Assembly (NCBI GenBank): GCA_036567205.1
Contig: DATCVA010000035.1
Location: forward strand, 1 to 42,375
Direction of reading: 5' to 3'
DNA from: Eoetvoesiella sp.
GTDB taxonomy: Bacteria > Pseudomonadota > Gammaproteobacteria > Burkholderiales > Burkholderiaceae_B
DNA length: 42,375 nt
Within the stretch, counting starts at the first letter, position 1; each line of letters starts with the position of its first letter. Positions 18,266-28,499 of the stretch are shown piece by piece. The translations under genes and the position numbers were made by a program. The notes below the pieces were generated by a model. That model was not told the origin of the DNA. It searched no databases and worked only from the letters and a program-made list of their open reading frames with translations.

Positions 18266-19606
18266 ATGCAGAGGCAGGACAACACACAGCGCGTCGATCC
18301 GGAAAAACTCATCCGGGACGAGCCTGATACAAGCACTTTTTTGGTTGATCGCTCCATCTATATCGATGAGGACGTGTTCAATGCTGAAATACGCCAGTTG
18401 TATGAAGGTGGTTGGATTTACCTTTGCCACGAGAGCGAAATCATCGAAGCGGGCGACTACGTTACCCGCTTCATGGGCCGGCAACCTGTCGTTATCAACC
18501 GGCGCAAGGATGGATCCATCGGTTGTTTTATTAATGCCTGTTCGCATCGCGGGACTGTTATTGCGCCTTTGCGCAAGGGTAACGCCAAGAGCTTCACCTG
18601 CCGTTTCCACGGCTGGACATATAGTGATAGCGGGCGTTGCATCAAGATTAAGAACGAAACAACGGGCGCATATCCTGGTACGGGGAGCTGCCGCGGAAAA
18701 TTCGATTTGAAGGACATCCCGCGTCTGGATACCTATAAGGGTTTTGTATTCGGCAGTCTGGTAGCTGATGTGCCTGAGCTGATTGATAACCTTGGTCCGG
18801 CCAAGGTGTGGATCGATTTAGTGGCGGACCAGTCGCCTGAAGGTCTGGAGGTTCTGCCGGGGGAGTCGACCTACATTATTCGTGGTAACTGGAAGATGGG
18901 CGGTGAAAACGGGGTCGATGGCTATCACGTCAGCACGGTACACCGCGTGTTCGCAGCGACCATGGCCAAGCGGGAGGAGTCCGGCAGCTATACAGGGGTG
19001 AAAAAAACCGAGTCTGGCCGGATTACCGGCAATGTTGATTCGGGAAGTGCAGATTTCGGTAATGGTCATATAGGCATTTGGGCCAGGCGCGAAACGCCGG
19101 AGGCGGGGCCGCTGTATGAGGCCAAGGATCGCTTGTCTGAAGAGTTCGACGTACGTAAAGTCGAGTGGATGATCGGCGCTGGGCGAAACCTATACCTATT
19201 CCCCAATATGTTGCTGATGGATCAACCGTCGACTCAGATCCGCACGTTCCGGCCTCTCTCTGCCGAGCGTACCGAGGTGAAAATCCAGTGCATCGCCCCA
19301 AGAGGAGAAAGTGCCCAGGCCAGGGAGTCCAGATTGCGCAAGTTTCTGGATTTTTACCTACCGACGGGGATGGCGACATCCGATGACATTGCTGCGTTGG
19401 AGGACACATCGATCGGCGGTCACGGGCGTCTTAGCCAATGGAATGACTATAGCCGGGGCGTTCAGGAAACGATACCAGGCGACCAGTGCGAAGAACTGAT
19501 GGGGATTGGCTGTAACGCAACTGCGGTAACACGCAATTGGGACCACGATACGTTCTACCACGGGTATTACCGTCATTGGTTGAAAATGATGAGCAGGAAT
19601 AAATAA
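18266..19606 (+). CDS. Rieske aromatic ring-hydroxylating dioxygenase, alpha subunit (benzoate/toluate/2-halobenzoate 1,2-dioxygenase family)
   Basis: 446 aa. Rieske motif CSHRG..(17)..CRFHGW, with BenA/XylX-like surrounding sequence. Confidence 0.88.
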   Translation: MQRQDNTQRVDPEKLIRDEPDTSTFLVDRSIYIDEDVFNAEIRQLYEGGWIYLCHESEIIEAGDYVTRFMGRQPVVINRRKDGSIGCFINACSHRGTVIAPLRKGNAKSFTCRFHGWTYSDSGRCIKIKNETTGAYPGTGSCRGKFDLKDIPRLDTYKGFVFGSLVADVPELIDNLGPAKVWIDLVADQSPEGLEVLPGESTYIIRGNWKMGGENGVDGYHVSTVHRVFAATMAKREESGSYTGVKKTESGRITGNVDSGSADFGNGHIGIWARRETPEAGPLYEAKDRLSEEFDVRKVEWMIGAGRNLYLFPNMLLMDQPSTQIRTFRPLSAERTEVKIQCIAPRGESAQARESRLRKFLDFYLPTGMATSDDIAALEDTSIGGHGRLSQWNDYSRGVQETIPGDQCEELMGIGCNATAVTRNWDHDTFYHGYYRHWLKMMSRNK

Positions 19607-20106
19607 TGATGGTTACTGATCCCATGATTTATGCCGAAGTGTCCACATTACTTGCGAGCGAGGCTCTTTTTCTTGATGAGCAGCGCTGGCAGGAATGGCT
19701 GGACTTATATACCGAAGATGCGGTGTATTTTGTACCGGCATGGCAAACCGAAGACAAACTGACTGAAGATCCAAAAACTCAGTTGAGTTTGATTTATATC
19801 TCGTCCAGGCTGGGGCTCGAAGAGCGCATCTTCCGTATAGAAAGCCGCGATTCGTTTGCATCGTTGCCGCTTGACCGCACTACTCACATTACCTCCAATT
19901 TATTGCTTACGAGTATGGATGGCGACACAGTTAGCGTTGCTGCGAACTGGCTGGTTCATAGTGTCGGCTCACGTGGCGAAGCCACACGCGGTGGCCGTTA
20001 TAAATATACGTTGCGCCGCAGCGAAGGAAAACTGCGAATAGCCAGAAAAGTGACGATCATGATCGATGAAAAACTGGAAGGCACGGTGGATGTCTACCAT
20101 ATTTGA
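19606..20106 (+). CDS. Ring-hydroxylating dioxygenase beta (small) subunit
   Basis: 166 aa. The start overlaps the alpha-subunit stop by 1 nt. Typical small-subunit N-terminus (LLASEALFLDEQRWQEWLDLYTEDAVY). Confidence 0.88.
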   Translation: MMVTDPMIYAEVSTLLASEALFLDEQRWQEWLDLYTEDAVYFVPAWQTEDKLTEDPKTQLSLIYISSRLGLEERIFRIESRDSFASLPLDRTTHITSNLLLTSMDGDTVSVAANWLVHSVGSRGEATRGGRYKYTLRRSEGKLRIARKVTIMIDEKLEGTVDVYHI

Positions 20107-20125
20107 ACTACCTTCACGGATTGCT

Positions 20126-21139
20126 ATGGACACGTATCAAATTACCGCTATTTTCGAAGACGCGCATCTGGTGACGTTTCCGGCGCGGGCCAACGAGGTC
20201 GTTTACCAGGCGGCCTATCGTTCAAATGTGCGGTTAGAGCATGATTGCCTGGAAGGCGCTTGCGGCTCATGCAAGGTTCTCTGTACTCAAGGTGAATTCG
20301 AAATCGATGACTTTAGCGACGAAGCATTATCTGATGCTGAAAGGGCGCAAGGCTACACCTTGCTATGCAGGATGAAGGCAAAGACGCCGTGCGTTGTCGA
20401 GCTTCCCTACCCGTCCAGTTTATTGTCGACGCTAAAGGAGCCGCAGTGGCTCGATGCCACAGTGGTGTCGATAGAGCAGGTGGCCTCCACGGTAACTCGC
20501 ACGGTGGTTCGCCTGAAGGCTGATGGGCTGGATTTCCTGCCGGGCCAGTATGTGCACATGTCGGTACCGGGAAGCGAGGTTGTACGCTCGTATTCATTCG
20601 CCAATATGCCTGGCCAGCAGGATCTGGAGTTTTTCCAGAAGGTGTATGAGCAAGGGGCGATGAGCGATTACCTTCGGGGCAGGGCTGCTGTTGGTGACGA
20701 AATTCGTATCAAAGGCCCGGCCGGGCATTTTTATCTACGACCGATTCGCGGCCCTGTGCTCATGGTTGCTGGCGGTACGGGCCTGGCTCCCATGCTGGCG
20801 ATGTTGCGCAGCATTGAGGCGGCAGGGCCCACTGCTCAGCCAATACATCTGATTTATGGTGTTAATGAAGCGTCAGAGTTTTTTGCACAAGATGTACTTG
20901 CTGGCTTTTGCCAGCGTCTGCCGTTAACGATCGAGCGTATTGCGGTGTCCGGGTCTGGCTGGCAGGGCCCAACAGGGCATGTGACAAGTCTCTTGCGGCC
21001 CGAGCTTTTAAGCGCTGGCGACGGCGATGCATATTTGTGCGGGCCGCCGCCCATGATAGTGGCTGCAACTGACTGGTTGCGCGACAACGGTATAAGCGAC
21101 GCCCGTATTCATGCTGAGCGCTTCGTTTCCAGTACCTGA
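20126..21139 (+). CDS. Dioxygenase reductase component (plant-type 2Fe-2S ferredoxin fused to an FAD/NAD(P)H reductase, BenC-like)
   Basis: CLEGACGSCK..C cluster, RSYSFAN flavin motif and GGTGLAPM NAD motif. The ATG at 20126 (MDTYQITA) is preferred over the track start at 20066, which overlaps the beta subunit. Confidence 0.88.
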   Translation: MDTYQITAIFEDAHLVTFPARANEVVYQAAYRSNVRLEHDCLEGACGSCKVLCTQGEFEIDDFSDEALSDAERAQGYTLLCRMKAKTPCVVELPYPSSLLSTLKEPQWLDATVVSIEQVASTVTRTVVRLKADGLDFLPGQYVHMSVPGSEVVRSYSFANMPGQQDLEFFQKVYEQGAMSDYLRGRAAVGDEIRIKGPAGHFYLRPIRGPVLMVAGGTGLAPMLAMLRSIEAAGPTAQPIHLIYGVNEASEFFAQDVLAGFCQRLPLTIERIAVSGSGWQGPTGHVTSLLRPELLSAGDGDAYLCGPPPMIVAATDWLRDNGISDARIHAERFVSST

Positions 21140-21238
21140 CAAGGAGAAGCCCCCGACACTGTATAGCAACCCCTTGGGATGGCACATATTGCATCCCGCC
21201 GTTTGATTAAGAACAGAAAATTAATAGAGGAGACTTTT

Positions 21239-22237
21239 ATGAACCATCGTAAATCTTTGAAAGGGTTGCGCGCGACTCTTATGGCCGTGGCATTGGGCGT
21301 AGTGGGTGTGCAACCTGTCTGTGCGCAGGCGGCGCCAGCGGACTGGCCGAATAAGCCCTTGAAGCTTATTGTCAGCTTCCCGCCCGGGGGCGTTACAGAC
21401 ACGATCGCCCGCGCCCTGCAGCCTCGTTTGTCCGAGGGTTTGGGGCAGCCGGTCGTTATCGAAAACCGTGGTGCGGCTGGCGGAACCTTGGCCGAAGGCA
21501 CACTTGCCCGATCCTCCCCTGATGGGTACACCATGATGCTGACGGCGGACGGTGTTGCGGCGAACCCGCATTTACATCCCAATTTGCCTTACGACACGTT
21601 CAAGGATCTGTTGCCTGTGAGTCTATTGGTAAGGATACCGCTAGTCATGCTGGTTAATCCGTCGGTTCCGGCCAACACGGTTAAGGATTTTGTTGAGTAT
21701 GCCCGTGTTAACTCCAGCATGGTTAGTTATGCCAGTCCTGGCAGCGGTACGAGCAATCACTTGTTTTTCGAAGTGTTCAAGGACATGGCTAAGCTGGACA
21801 TTCAACATGTGCCCTACAAAGGGGGAAGTCCGGCGATGTCTGACCTGATGGGGGGGCATGTACAGGCATTGCTGATCACCAGCACTGTCGCAGCGCCACA
21901 GCTGCCAGGTGGAAAAATCAAGGCACTGGCTGTTACCAGCAGCGAGCGGTCGGCACAGATGCCTAATGTACCGACCTTTATCGAAGCGGGGTATCCCGAC
22001 TTTAAACCCCATCAATGGACCGGACTTTTTCTGCCCGCAGGTACTCCACCCGCCATTGTGGAGCGTATCCGCACCGAGTTTGATAAAGCCATGAATGCGC
22101 CTGAAGTGGTGACGCGTTTGCGCGATCTGGGGGCCGAACCTGTGATGAATACGCAAAAAGAATTTACCGAACTGTTGCAAAGGGATCATGCCGCCTTGGG
22201 CAAATTGATCAAAAGCCGTAATATCTCGGCGCAGTAA
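21239..22237 (+). CDS. Bug-family (TctC-like) periplasmic solute-binding protein
   Basis: Signal peptide MNHRKSLKGLRATLMAVALGVVGVQPVCAQA, then WPNKPLKLIVSFPPGG, the typical Bug N-terminus. GGAG lies upstream of the ATG at 21239. Confidence 0.88.
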   Translation: MNHRKSLKGLRATLMAVALGVVGVQPVCAQAAPADWPNKPLKLIVSFPPGGVTDTIARALQPRLSEGLGQPVVIENRGAAGGTLAEGTLARSSPDGYTMMLTADGVAANPHLHPNLPYDTFKDLLPVSLLVRIPLVMLVNPSVPANTVKDFVEYARVNSSMVSYASPGSGTSNHLFFEVFKDMAKLDIQHVPYKGGSPAMSDLMGGHVQALLITSTVAAPQLPGGKIKALAVTSSERSAQMPNVPTFIEAGYPDFKPHQWTGLFLPAGTPPAIVERIRTEFDKAMNAPEVVTRLRDLGAEPVMNTQKEFTELLQRDHAALGKLIKSRNISAQ

Positions 22238-22252
22238 TGTGTAGAGCGGGTT

Positions 22253-22290
22253 AAAAAGCTGGGCTAGAGACGATCAGCCCGGCTTTTTTT
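22253..22290. terminator. Bidirectional terminator between the Bug gene and mnmE
   Basis: AAAAAGCTGGGCT ..10 nt.. AGCCCGGCTTTTTTT: a 9-bp stem with one G-U pair, flanked by an A-run and a T-run. Confidence 0.75.
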
Positions 22291-23683
22291 ATTTTCCGAT
22301 GCAGAAGCTTGAAAAAATCTCGCCCAGCAAATCGTCGCTAGTGAACTGTCCGGTAATAGAACACAAGTCGTCGTGGGCCAGGCGCAGTTCTTCGGCAAAC
22401 AAATCAAGCACGCGATCGTTGTGGCTGGCGTGCTCGGCGGCCAGATCCAGATGTTCCCCGGCGTCATTCAGCGCGCGCAGATGACGTTCGCGGGCCAGCC
22501 ACGGTGACTCGGTGCTGGGGTTCCAGCCGGCAATGTCCAGTAATTTTTGTCGAAGCTCGTTCAGGCCGATTTCGGTTTTGGCGGAAATTCCCAAGGCGAT
22601 TTCTTCAGCATCGGCATCGGGTCGGCGTTCTTCAATTGCCGCCTTAAAGGCATTTTGATCGAGCAAATCAATTTTATTGAATACCTTGAGCACCGGAGTG
22701 CGAGCAGGCAGCCGTTTCGTAATAGCTGAATCGAGTTCATCATTTTGGGTGCGTGCGTCTTGCAAGTGGATGATGACATTGGCTTTTTCGATTTCCGCCC
22801 AGCTGCGGGCAATGCCTATGCTTTCAACAGTATCGTCGGTTTCACGCAGCCCGGCAGTGTCGACGATATGGATGGGTACGCCCTGTATGTGAATTTGCTG
22901 GGTGACTTTGTCGCGGGTCGTACCGGCAATAGGGGTCACAATGGCGACTTCGTCGCCAGCCAGGGCGTTCAATAAACTGGATTTACCCACATTGGGTTGA
23001 CCGGCCAGCACCACATGCAGACCCTCTCGCAAGATCATGCCTTGTTTGGCTTGTGCAATCAGTCGGGTCAGGTCGTCTTGAATACTGATTAATGTTTCGC
23101 GTGCCTGATATTTTTCGAGGAAATCAATTTCTTCTTCGGGAAAATCCAGGGTCGCCTCGACCAGCATGCGCAGATGCACGATACGGTCGCCCAAAGCGTT
23201 GACGTGGGTTGAAAATGCACCGCTTAATGATGCCATGGCGCTACGCGCTGCGGCTTCGGACGAGGCATCGATAAGGTCTGCAACCGCCTCGGCCTGGGCC
23301 AGATCGAGGCGTTCATTCAGAAAAGCCCGGTGGGTAAATTCGCCGGGCTCGGCGTGGCGCAGGCCAAGCTCTTTGCCGACGTGCAGACAATGCTCCAGCA
23401 AGCGGCGAAGTACCGCCGGACCACCGTGCCCCTGTAGCTCCAGCACATCTTCGCCGGTGTACGAATGGGGGCTTTTGAAGAACATGACGATGCCCGCGTC
23501 GATCGCTTTTCCGTCTACATCGTTAAATGGCAGGTAATGAGCGTGCCGCGTTTTTAGCGGCGTTGCAAAAAGCCTGGCTGTCAGAACGCTTAAGTCGCGG
23601 CCGGATATGCGGACGACGCCAATACCTCCGCGCCCGGGGGCGGTGGCGATGGCAACAATAGGTTCGTGCGAAGTGGCAGTCAT
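22289..23683 (-). CDS. mnmE: tRNA modification GTPase MnmE (TrmE)
   Basis: [22 protein letters not shown]-domain, G-domain [14 protein letters not shown] and C-terminal FCIGK. The ATG at 23683 is preferred over the longer track ORF ending at 23764. Confidence 0.93.
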   Translation of the reverse strand: MTATSHEPIVAIATAPGRGGIGVVRISGRDLSVLTARLFATPLKTRHAHYLPFNDVDGKAIDAGIVMFFKSPHSYTGEDVLELQGHGGPAVLRRLLEHCLHVGKELGLRHAEPGEFTHRAFLNERLDLAQAEAVADLIDASSEAAARSAMASLSGAFSTHVNALGDRIVHLRMLVEATLDFPEEEIDFLEKYQARETLISIQDDLTRLIAQAKQGMILREGLHVVLAGQPNVGKSSLLNALAGDEVAIVTPIAGTTRDKVTQQIHIQGVPIHIVDTAGLRETDDTVESIGIARSWAEIEKANVIIHLQDARTQNDELDSAITKRLPARTPVLKVFNKIDLLDQNAFKAAIEERRPDADAEEIALGISAKTEIGLNELRQKLLDIAGWNPSTESPWLARERHLRALNDAGEHLDLAAEHASHNDRVLDLFAEELRLAHDDLCSITGQFTSDDLLGEIFSSFCIGK

Positions 23684-23835
23684 GGCAGGGGTTGGTTCTG
23701 AAGGTTTCACTAGCCTTCGATTGTAGATGGCTACGGATTGATGTGCTTGTCGTTGCAAACTCATAATTGGCAGGATCGTATGCTGCGATTAAGATGAAGG
23801 CCTTCTGCCATTAACTTTTGCAAGGGACTTCAAAC

Positions 23836-24132
23836 ATGCCGTACTTAATCGATACGTTCGATAGGGAACACACACAAGCGCTGCGTCAGGCTTTGCGAGA
23901 TCAGCACCTGGACTTTCTGGAAGCTAACAAGTCGCTGCTTTTGGCTTGCGGTGCCAAGCTTGATGACGATGGCATTGTGGGCTCGGGCAGCGTATATATT
24001 GTTGACGTTGAAACCCGTCAGGCGGCGGAAGAATTTATAAATAACGATCCCTTTACCAAAGGCGGACTGTTTGAACACATTGTGATTACGCGTTGGCGCA
24101 AAGCATATTTGGACGGGCAAAGCTACCTGTAG
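23836..24132 (+). CDS. YciI-family protein
   Basis: About 98 aa with YCII-like architecture (MPYLIDTFD...GSVYIVDVETRQAAEEFINNDPF). The ATG at 23836 is preferred. Confidence 0.7.
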   Translation: MPYLIDTFDREHTQALRQALRDQHLDFLEANKSLLLACGAKLDDDGIVGSGSVYIVDVETRQAAEEFINNDPFTKGGLFEHIVITRWRKAYLDGQSYL

Positions 24133-24195
24133 TATCGGGATGATCCGAGTGCGTCCGTGCGGGTCGCGCATCGTCGCTGGGACAGCGTTCAAAAT

Positions 24196-24228
24196 AAAGG
24201 GGATACGATTCGTGATCGTATCCCCTTT
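24196..24228. terminator. Bidirectional terminator between the yciI-like gene and the catalase gene
   Basis: Perfect 14-nt arms AAAGGGGATACGAT / ATCGTATCCCCTTT with a 5-nt loop. Confidence 0.8.
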
Positions 24229-24286
24229 ATCGGTGCAAGTTACGTCGTATTAACGTAATTTGCACGCCCAGACTAAAGCCAGATGC

Positions 24287-25720
24287 TTATCCCAATGCCT
24301 TGATGGCTGCAGCTACGCCTGCGCCGTAGGCTGGATCTGCCTTTGCACAGTGTTCAATATGGCGTTGCTGAACATCGGCAGACACACCGGCAATGGCACG
24401 AGCCGTATTGTCGAAGAGCTGCTGCTGTTGATCGGGTGTCATTAAGCGAAACAGTGCGCCAGGCTGCGAGAAGTAGTCTTCGTCGACACGATGGTTCCAA
24501 TGATCGGCTGCGCCCTCGATGCTTAATGGCGGTTCGCGGAAATCGGGCTGTTCTTGCCATTCTCCCTGGGTATTGGGCTCGTTGCCTGTAATGCCGCCAT
24601 AATTGCCGTCCACGCGCATTGCGCCGTCGCGGTGATAACTATGAAACGGGCATTTCGGAGCGTTGACGGGAATTTGGTGATGATTGACGCCAAGGCGATA
24701 GCGCTGTGCGTCGCCATAGGAGAACAGGCGCGCTTGCAGCATTTTGTCGGGCGAGAAGCTGATGCCCGGTACCACGTTGGCCGGCGTGAACGCGGCCTGC
24801 TCTACTTCAGCAAAGAAGTTTTCGGGATTACGATTCAGTTCGAGTACGCCAACTTCAATAAGCGGATAGTCGCCGTGCGGCCAGACTTTGGTCAGATCGA
24901 AAGGATTCAGGTGATATGTTGAGGCGTCCTTTTCGGGCATGATTTGCACATAGGCCGTCCAGCGGGGGAAGTCCTTGTTTTCAATGGCTTCGAATAAATC
25001 CCGTTGGGAACTTTCACGGTCGCCGGCAATAACGGCACCGGCTTCGGCGTCTTTCAGGTTTTTAATGCCTTGCTGTGTTTTAAAGGTGAACTTTACCCAA
25101 AAGCGTTCGTTATTCGCGTTGATAAAGCTGAACGTATGACTTCCGAACAGATGCATATTGCGAAAACCGGTGGGAATACCGCGGTCGCTCATGACGATGG
25201 TGACCTGGTGTAGTGCCTCGGGCAGACCTGTCCAGAACTCCCAGTTGTTCTGGGCGCTGCGCATACCTGTGCGGGGATCACGCTTTACGGCATGATTCAG
25301 GTCGGGAAACTTGAGCGGATCACGAAAGAAAAATACAGGGGTGTTATTGCCAACCAGGTCCCAGTTACCTTCTTCGGTGTAAAACTTCATTGCCACGCCA
25401 CGGATATCTCGTTCGGCATCGGCGGCGCCGCGTTCGCCCGCAACGGTGGAAAACCGGATGAACATCGGCGTTTGTTTACCCACCTCGGCAAAGATCTTGG
25501 CTCGGCTATATTGGGTGATGTCCTGCGTAACGGTAAAGGTACCGTAAGCGCCTGCTCCTTTAGCGTGCATACGACGCTCTGGGATAACTTCACGATCAAA
25601 GTGGGCGAGTTTTTCTATGAGCCATACGTCTTGCAGTAAAGCTGGGCCACGCGGCCCGGCCGTAATAATGTTCTGGTTATCGACTACAGGAGCCCCTGCG
25701 GCGGTAGTAAGTTTTTTCAT
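24287..25720 (-). CDS. katA: Monofunctional haem catalase
   Basis: 477 aa. Distal-His region [18 protein letters not shown] and proximal-Tyr region [14 protein letters not shown]. Confidence 0.95.
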   Translation of the reverse strand: MKKLTTAAGAPVVDNQNIITAGPRGPALLQDVWLIEKLAHFDREVIPERRMHAKGAGAYGTFTVTQDITQYSRAKIFAEVGKQTPMFIRFSTVAGERGAADAERDIRGVAMKFYTEEGNWDLVGNNTPVFFFRDPLKFPDLNHAVKRDPRTGMRSAQNNWEFWTGLPEALHQVTIVMSDRGIPTGFRNMHLFGSHTFSFINANNERFWVKFTFKTQQGIKNLKDAEAGAVIAGDRESSQRDLFEAIENKDFPRWTAYVQIMPEKDASTYHLNPFDLTKVWPHGDYPLIEVGVLELNRNPENFFAEVEQAAFTPANVVPGISFSPDKMLQARLFSYGDAQRYRLGVNHHQIPVNAPKCPFHSYHRDGAMRVDGNYGGITGNEPNTQGEWQEQPDFREPPLSIEGAADHWNHRVDEDYFSQPGALFRLMTPDQQQQLFDNTARAIAGVSADVQQRHIEHCAKADPAYGAGVAAAIKALG

Positions 25721-25936
25721 AGACGTCCTTTAAGCGAGCTGAAGCGGTAATGGAAACTAGAGCTGCGGCTATACCCTTCATGGAAACGGAGCGGTAGTGT
25801 GTTTTCACAACCGCCCTAAGAAACATAGTTTATACAGACTACGGATAAAAATAAAATTAATTGATTTAAATCGCTATATAGTAAAAAACTATAACTATCG
25901 AGAAGGCTCTGTCGTGGACCATTATTAGCGGCATGC

Positions 25937-25973
25937 CAAAAAAGAGCCCGCAAACCTTTTATGGTCTACGGGC
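25937..25973 (-). terminator. Rho-independent terminator of the Bug-amidase operon
   Basis: The minus strand reads GCCCGTAGACC-ATAAAA-GGTTTGCGGGC followed by TCTTTTTTGG, about 85 nt after the amidase stop. Confidence 0.7.
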
Positions 25974-26058
25974 GCTGTGCAGTTAATTAAAGCTGCTTGT
26001 GTTTGTTATAGAGAATAGGGTTTTACACGAGTCTCTTTTTTGAAGCTAGGGTCCGCGT

Positions 26059-27351
26059 TTATTTGCATTGAGGGATTGCGCGCGTTATGGCGTTCGCTAC
26101 GGTTAGTAAACGCGCATCTTGACCAAAACCTCCAATCAGTTGTGCTCCCAGGGGAAGTCCCGCCGGACCAAGGTCAATCGGGAATGACACCGAAGGCAGA
26201 TGCAGTAAAGTCCACAGTGCGCCGAATCGGGGATCCCCAGCATTAGTTAAGCCCAACTCAGCCTCTCCTGCGGCAGCGGGGTACAACACCGCGTCATTAT
26301 CCTGAAACAGCGATTGAGCCTGAAAACGAGCACGGTTCAGTTGCAATTGCATTGATATGTATTCGTCCAGCTGAATATCTTCGCCTGCCTTCAAGCGTGC
26401 CTGTAATCGCGGACTTAGCCGGTCGCCATGATTCAAGCGTTCATGAGCCAGTGCTTGCCGAGCCTCGTACATAAATAGACGAGGCTGAATGGCGATCACA
26501 GCTTCAAGCTCGGATGGAAGCCAGATATGTTTGACTGAGACACCGGCTGCTTCCAGGTGTTGAATCATGCGCTCAATAGCGTGGACGGTTTCGGGCTTGG
26601 CGTAGTCCCATTGCCGCGACATACACACGGCGATGCGTGGCCTCGCCAGCGATTGATGCACCGTTTTGGCGCCGTGCAAACCCAAGGAAAAGAAGGCGGC
26701 ATCTTCTACGTTCCGGGTGATGAGTCCAATGGTATCCTGGGACGGACTCAGTGCTTTAGCGCCGGCTGTCGATATGAGATTAAAACTGGGTTTGTAGCCG
26801 ATCACGCCGCAATAGACGGCCGGTCGGATAATTGAACCGGTCGTTTGGGTGCCAAAAGCCACAGGAACCATAAAATCCGCCACAGCTGCGGCAGATCCGC
26901 TGGAGGATCCTCCGGGTGTGTGCTCCAGCCGTAAGGGATTACGGGCATTGCTGGGAGTTTGCGTGGCAAATTCCCCGGTTGCCACTTTACCCAATAAGAT
27001 AGCCCCTCGGCTTTTTGCTACTGCTACACACGCTGCATCAGCTTCGGGTTGAAACCCTTGATAAATTGGGGAACCGTATTCGGTAGGATAGTCCGCTGTG
27101 TTAATGATGTCCTTCACCGCAAACGGAACACCACGTAATAGTCCCGCATTTGAATTTGCCTGGACTTGTTCCGCGCTGGCTAACGCCCGCGCAGCATCAC
27201 AAGTGACAAAAGCATGGACGAGGGAGTTGCGTTCTTCGATGCGCTCGAGGCACGCTCGAACCAACGCTACACTCGTTATGTCTCCGCGCTCAATAGCGTC
27301 TGCTGCTTGTACCGCACCTAATTGATTTAACGGTTTTTCAATGCTGCTCAT
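26059..27351 (-). CDS. Amidase-signature family amidase (GatA-like)
   Basis: 430 aa. Signature GGSSSGSAAAVA with an upstream catalytic Lys context (FAVKDII). Confidence 0.88.
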   Translation of the reverse strand: MSSIEKPLNQLGAVQAADAIERGDITSVALVRACLERIEERNSLVHAFVTCDAARALASAEQVQANSNAGLLRGVPFAVKDIINTADYPTEYGSPIYQGFQPEADAACVAVAKSRGAILLGKVATGEFATQTPSNARNPLRLEHTPGGSSSGSAAAVADFMVPVAFGTQTTGSIIRPAVYCGVIGYKPSFNLISTAGAKALSPSQDTIGLITRNVEDAAFFSLGLHGAKTVHQSLARPRIAVCMSRQWDYAKPETVHAIERMIQHLEAAGVSVKHIWLPSELEAVIAIQPRLFMYEARQALAHERLNHGDRLSPRLQARLKAGEDIQLDEYISMQLQLNRARFQAQSLFQDNDAVLYPAAAGEAELGLTNAGDPRFGALWTLLHLPSVSFPIDLGPAGLPLGAQLIGGFGQDARLLTVANAITRAIPQCK

Positions 27352-28334
27352 TCGACTTTAATTCCTGCATCTTTAATAACCTTGGCCCACTTGTCATGTT
27401 CGTCGTGAACAAACTTGGCGAAATCCGCGCTTGACCCGCCCGCGGGTTCGGCCCCTTGAGCCAAAAGTTGCTGTTTGACTTGCGGCATATCCAGTACTTT
27501 TCGGGTTTCGGCGTTAAGTTTTTCAATGATTGCAGGCTCTACTTTGGCGGGAGCGAATAAGCCGAACCACCCGTTGACTTCGTAGCTTGGCAACCCCGCC
27601 TGGGCCATGGTGGGCACTTCGGGCAGCAAGACGGACCGTTTGGATGACGTGACTGCAAGGGCGTGGAGTTTGCCGGACTTGACGTGGGGCAGGCACACAG
27701 GCAAATTACAAAACATGACTTGCACCCTTCCGGACAGCAAGTCCGCAAGCGCATCACTTCCGCCTTTGTACGGGACATGCAGCATATCGTGGTTAGTCAG
27801 CGATTTGAATAGCTCAGCTGCCAGGTGCATACTGCCACCGGTACCACCTGATGCGTAGGCATATTGTTTTTGCGGGAGTAGAGCAATAAGCTCTTTGACT
27901 GTCTTGGCGGGTATGTCGGGGTGTACCACCAATATATTAGCAACCGTAGCTACATTCGTAATCGGTGCAAAGTCGCGCAGGGGATCAAACTTGAGATTTT
28001 TGTACAAACTTGGATTTACTGCGTTGGTGCTGGTGGGGCCCAGTAATAGCGTATATCCATCTGCGGCCGCCGTAGCCACCTCGGCTGCACCAATATTCCC
28101 GCCGGCGCCCGCTTTATTTTGGACGATTACGCTCTGACCCAACGATTCCGTTAGTTGCTTCGCGACAATTCTTGCCAGCAGGTCCGTAACGCTACCAGCT
28201 CCGAACGGGACAACCAAATTTACAGCCCTTGAGGGGTACTCTTCCGCCTGTGTTGCCTGTGGCGCGACTATGGCTGTAAGCGCCATCATTGTGAGAGCTG
28301 TCGATAGTATGCGAGTTCTAATTGAAGTGCTCAT
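27348..28334 (-). CDS. Bug-family (TctC-like) periplasmic solute-binding protein
   Basis: Signal peptide ending AQAEEYPSRAVNLVVPFGAGS. GAGGA lies upstream of the ATG at 28334, and the stop overlaps the amidase start by 4 nt. Confidence 0.88.
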   Translation of the reverse strand: MSTSIRTRILSTALTMMALTAIVAPQATQAEEYPSRAVNLVVPFGAGSVTDLLARIVAKQLTESLGQSVIVQNKAGAGGNIGAAEVATAAADGYTLLLGPTSTNAVNPSLYKNLKFDPLRDFAPITNVATVANILVVHPDIPAKTVKELIALLPQKQYAYASGGTGGSMHLAAELFKSLTNHDMLHVPYKGGSDALADLLSGRVQVMFCNLPVCLPHVKSGKLHALAVTSSKRSVLLPEVPTMAQAGLPSYEVNGWFGLFAPAKVEPAIIEKLNAETRKVLDMPQVKQQLLAQGAEPAGGSSADFAKFVHDEHDKWAKVIKDAGIKVE

Positions 28335-28499
28335 TGATTTCCATTCCTCAGAATATATAGGTTGTTCTTTTTGCAAAAATATAAATGGCCGCCTGGTTTA
28401 TGTTCTTGTTTGAAAGTACTCTAAAGTCTATTAATTAAGATGTCTAATATCAATTCAACTATCAATTAGGTTATATTTAGACTTAATCTAATTCCGCGG

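Noticed and set aside
18197-18610. 137-aa minus-strand ORF across the LysR-dioxygenase spacer.
   Set aside because: It overlaps the 5' end of the Rieske alpha-subunit gene on the opposite strand and runs through the divergent promoter. It has no family resemblance.
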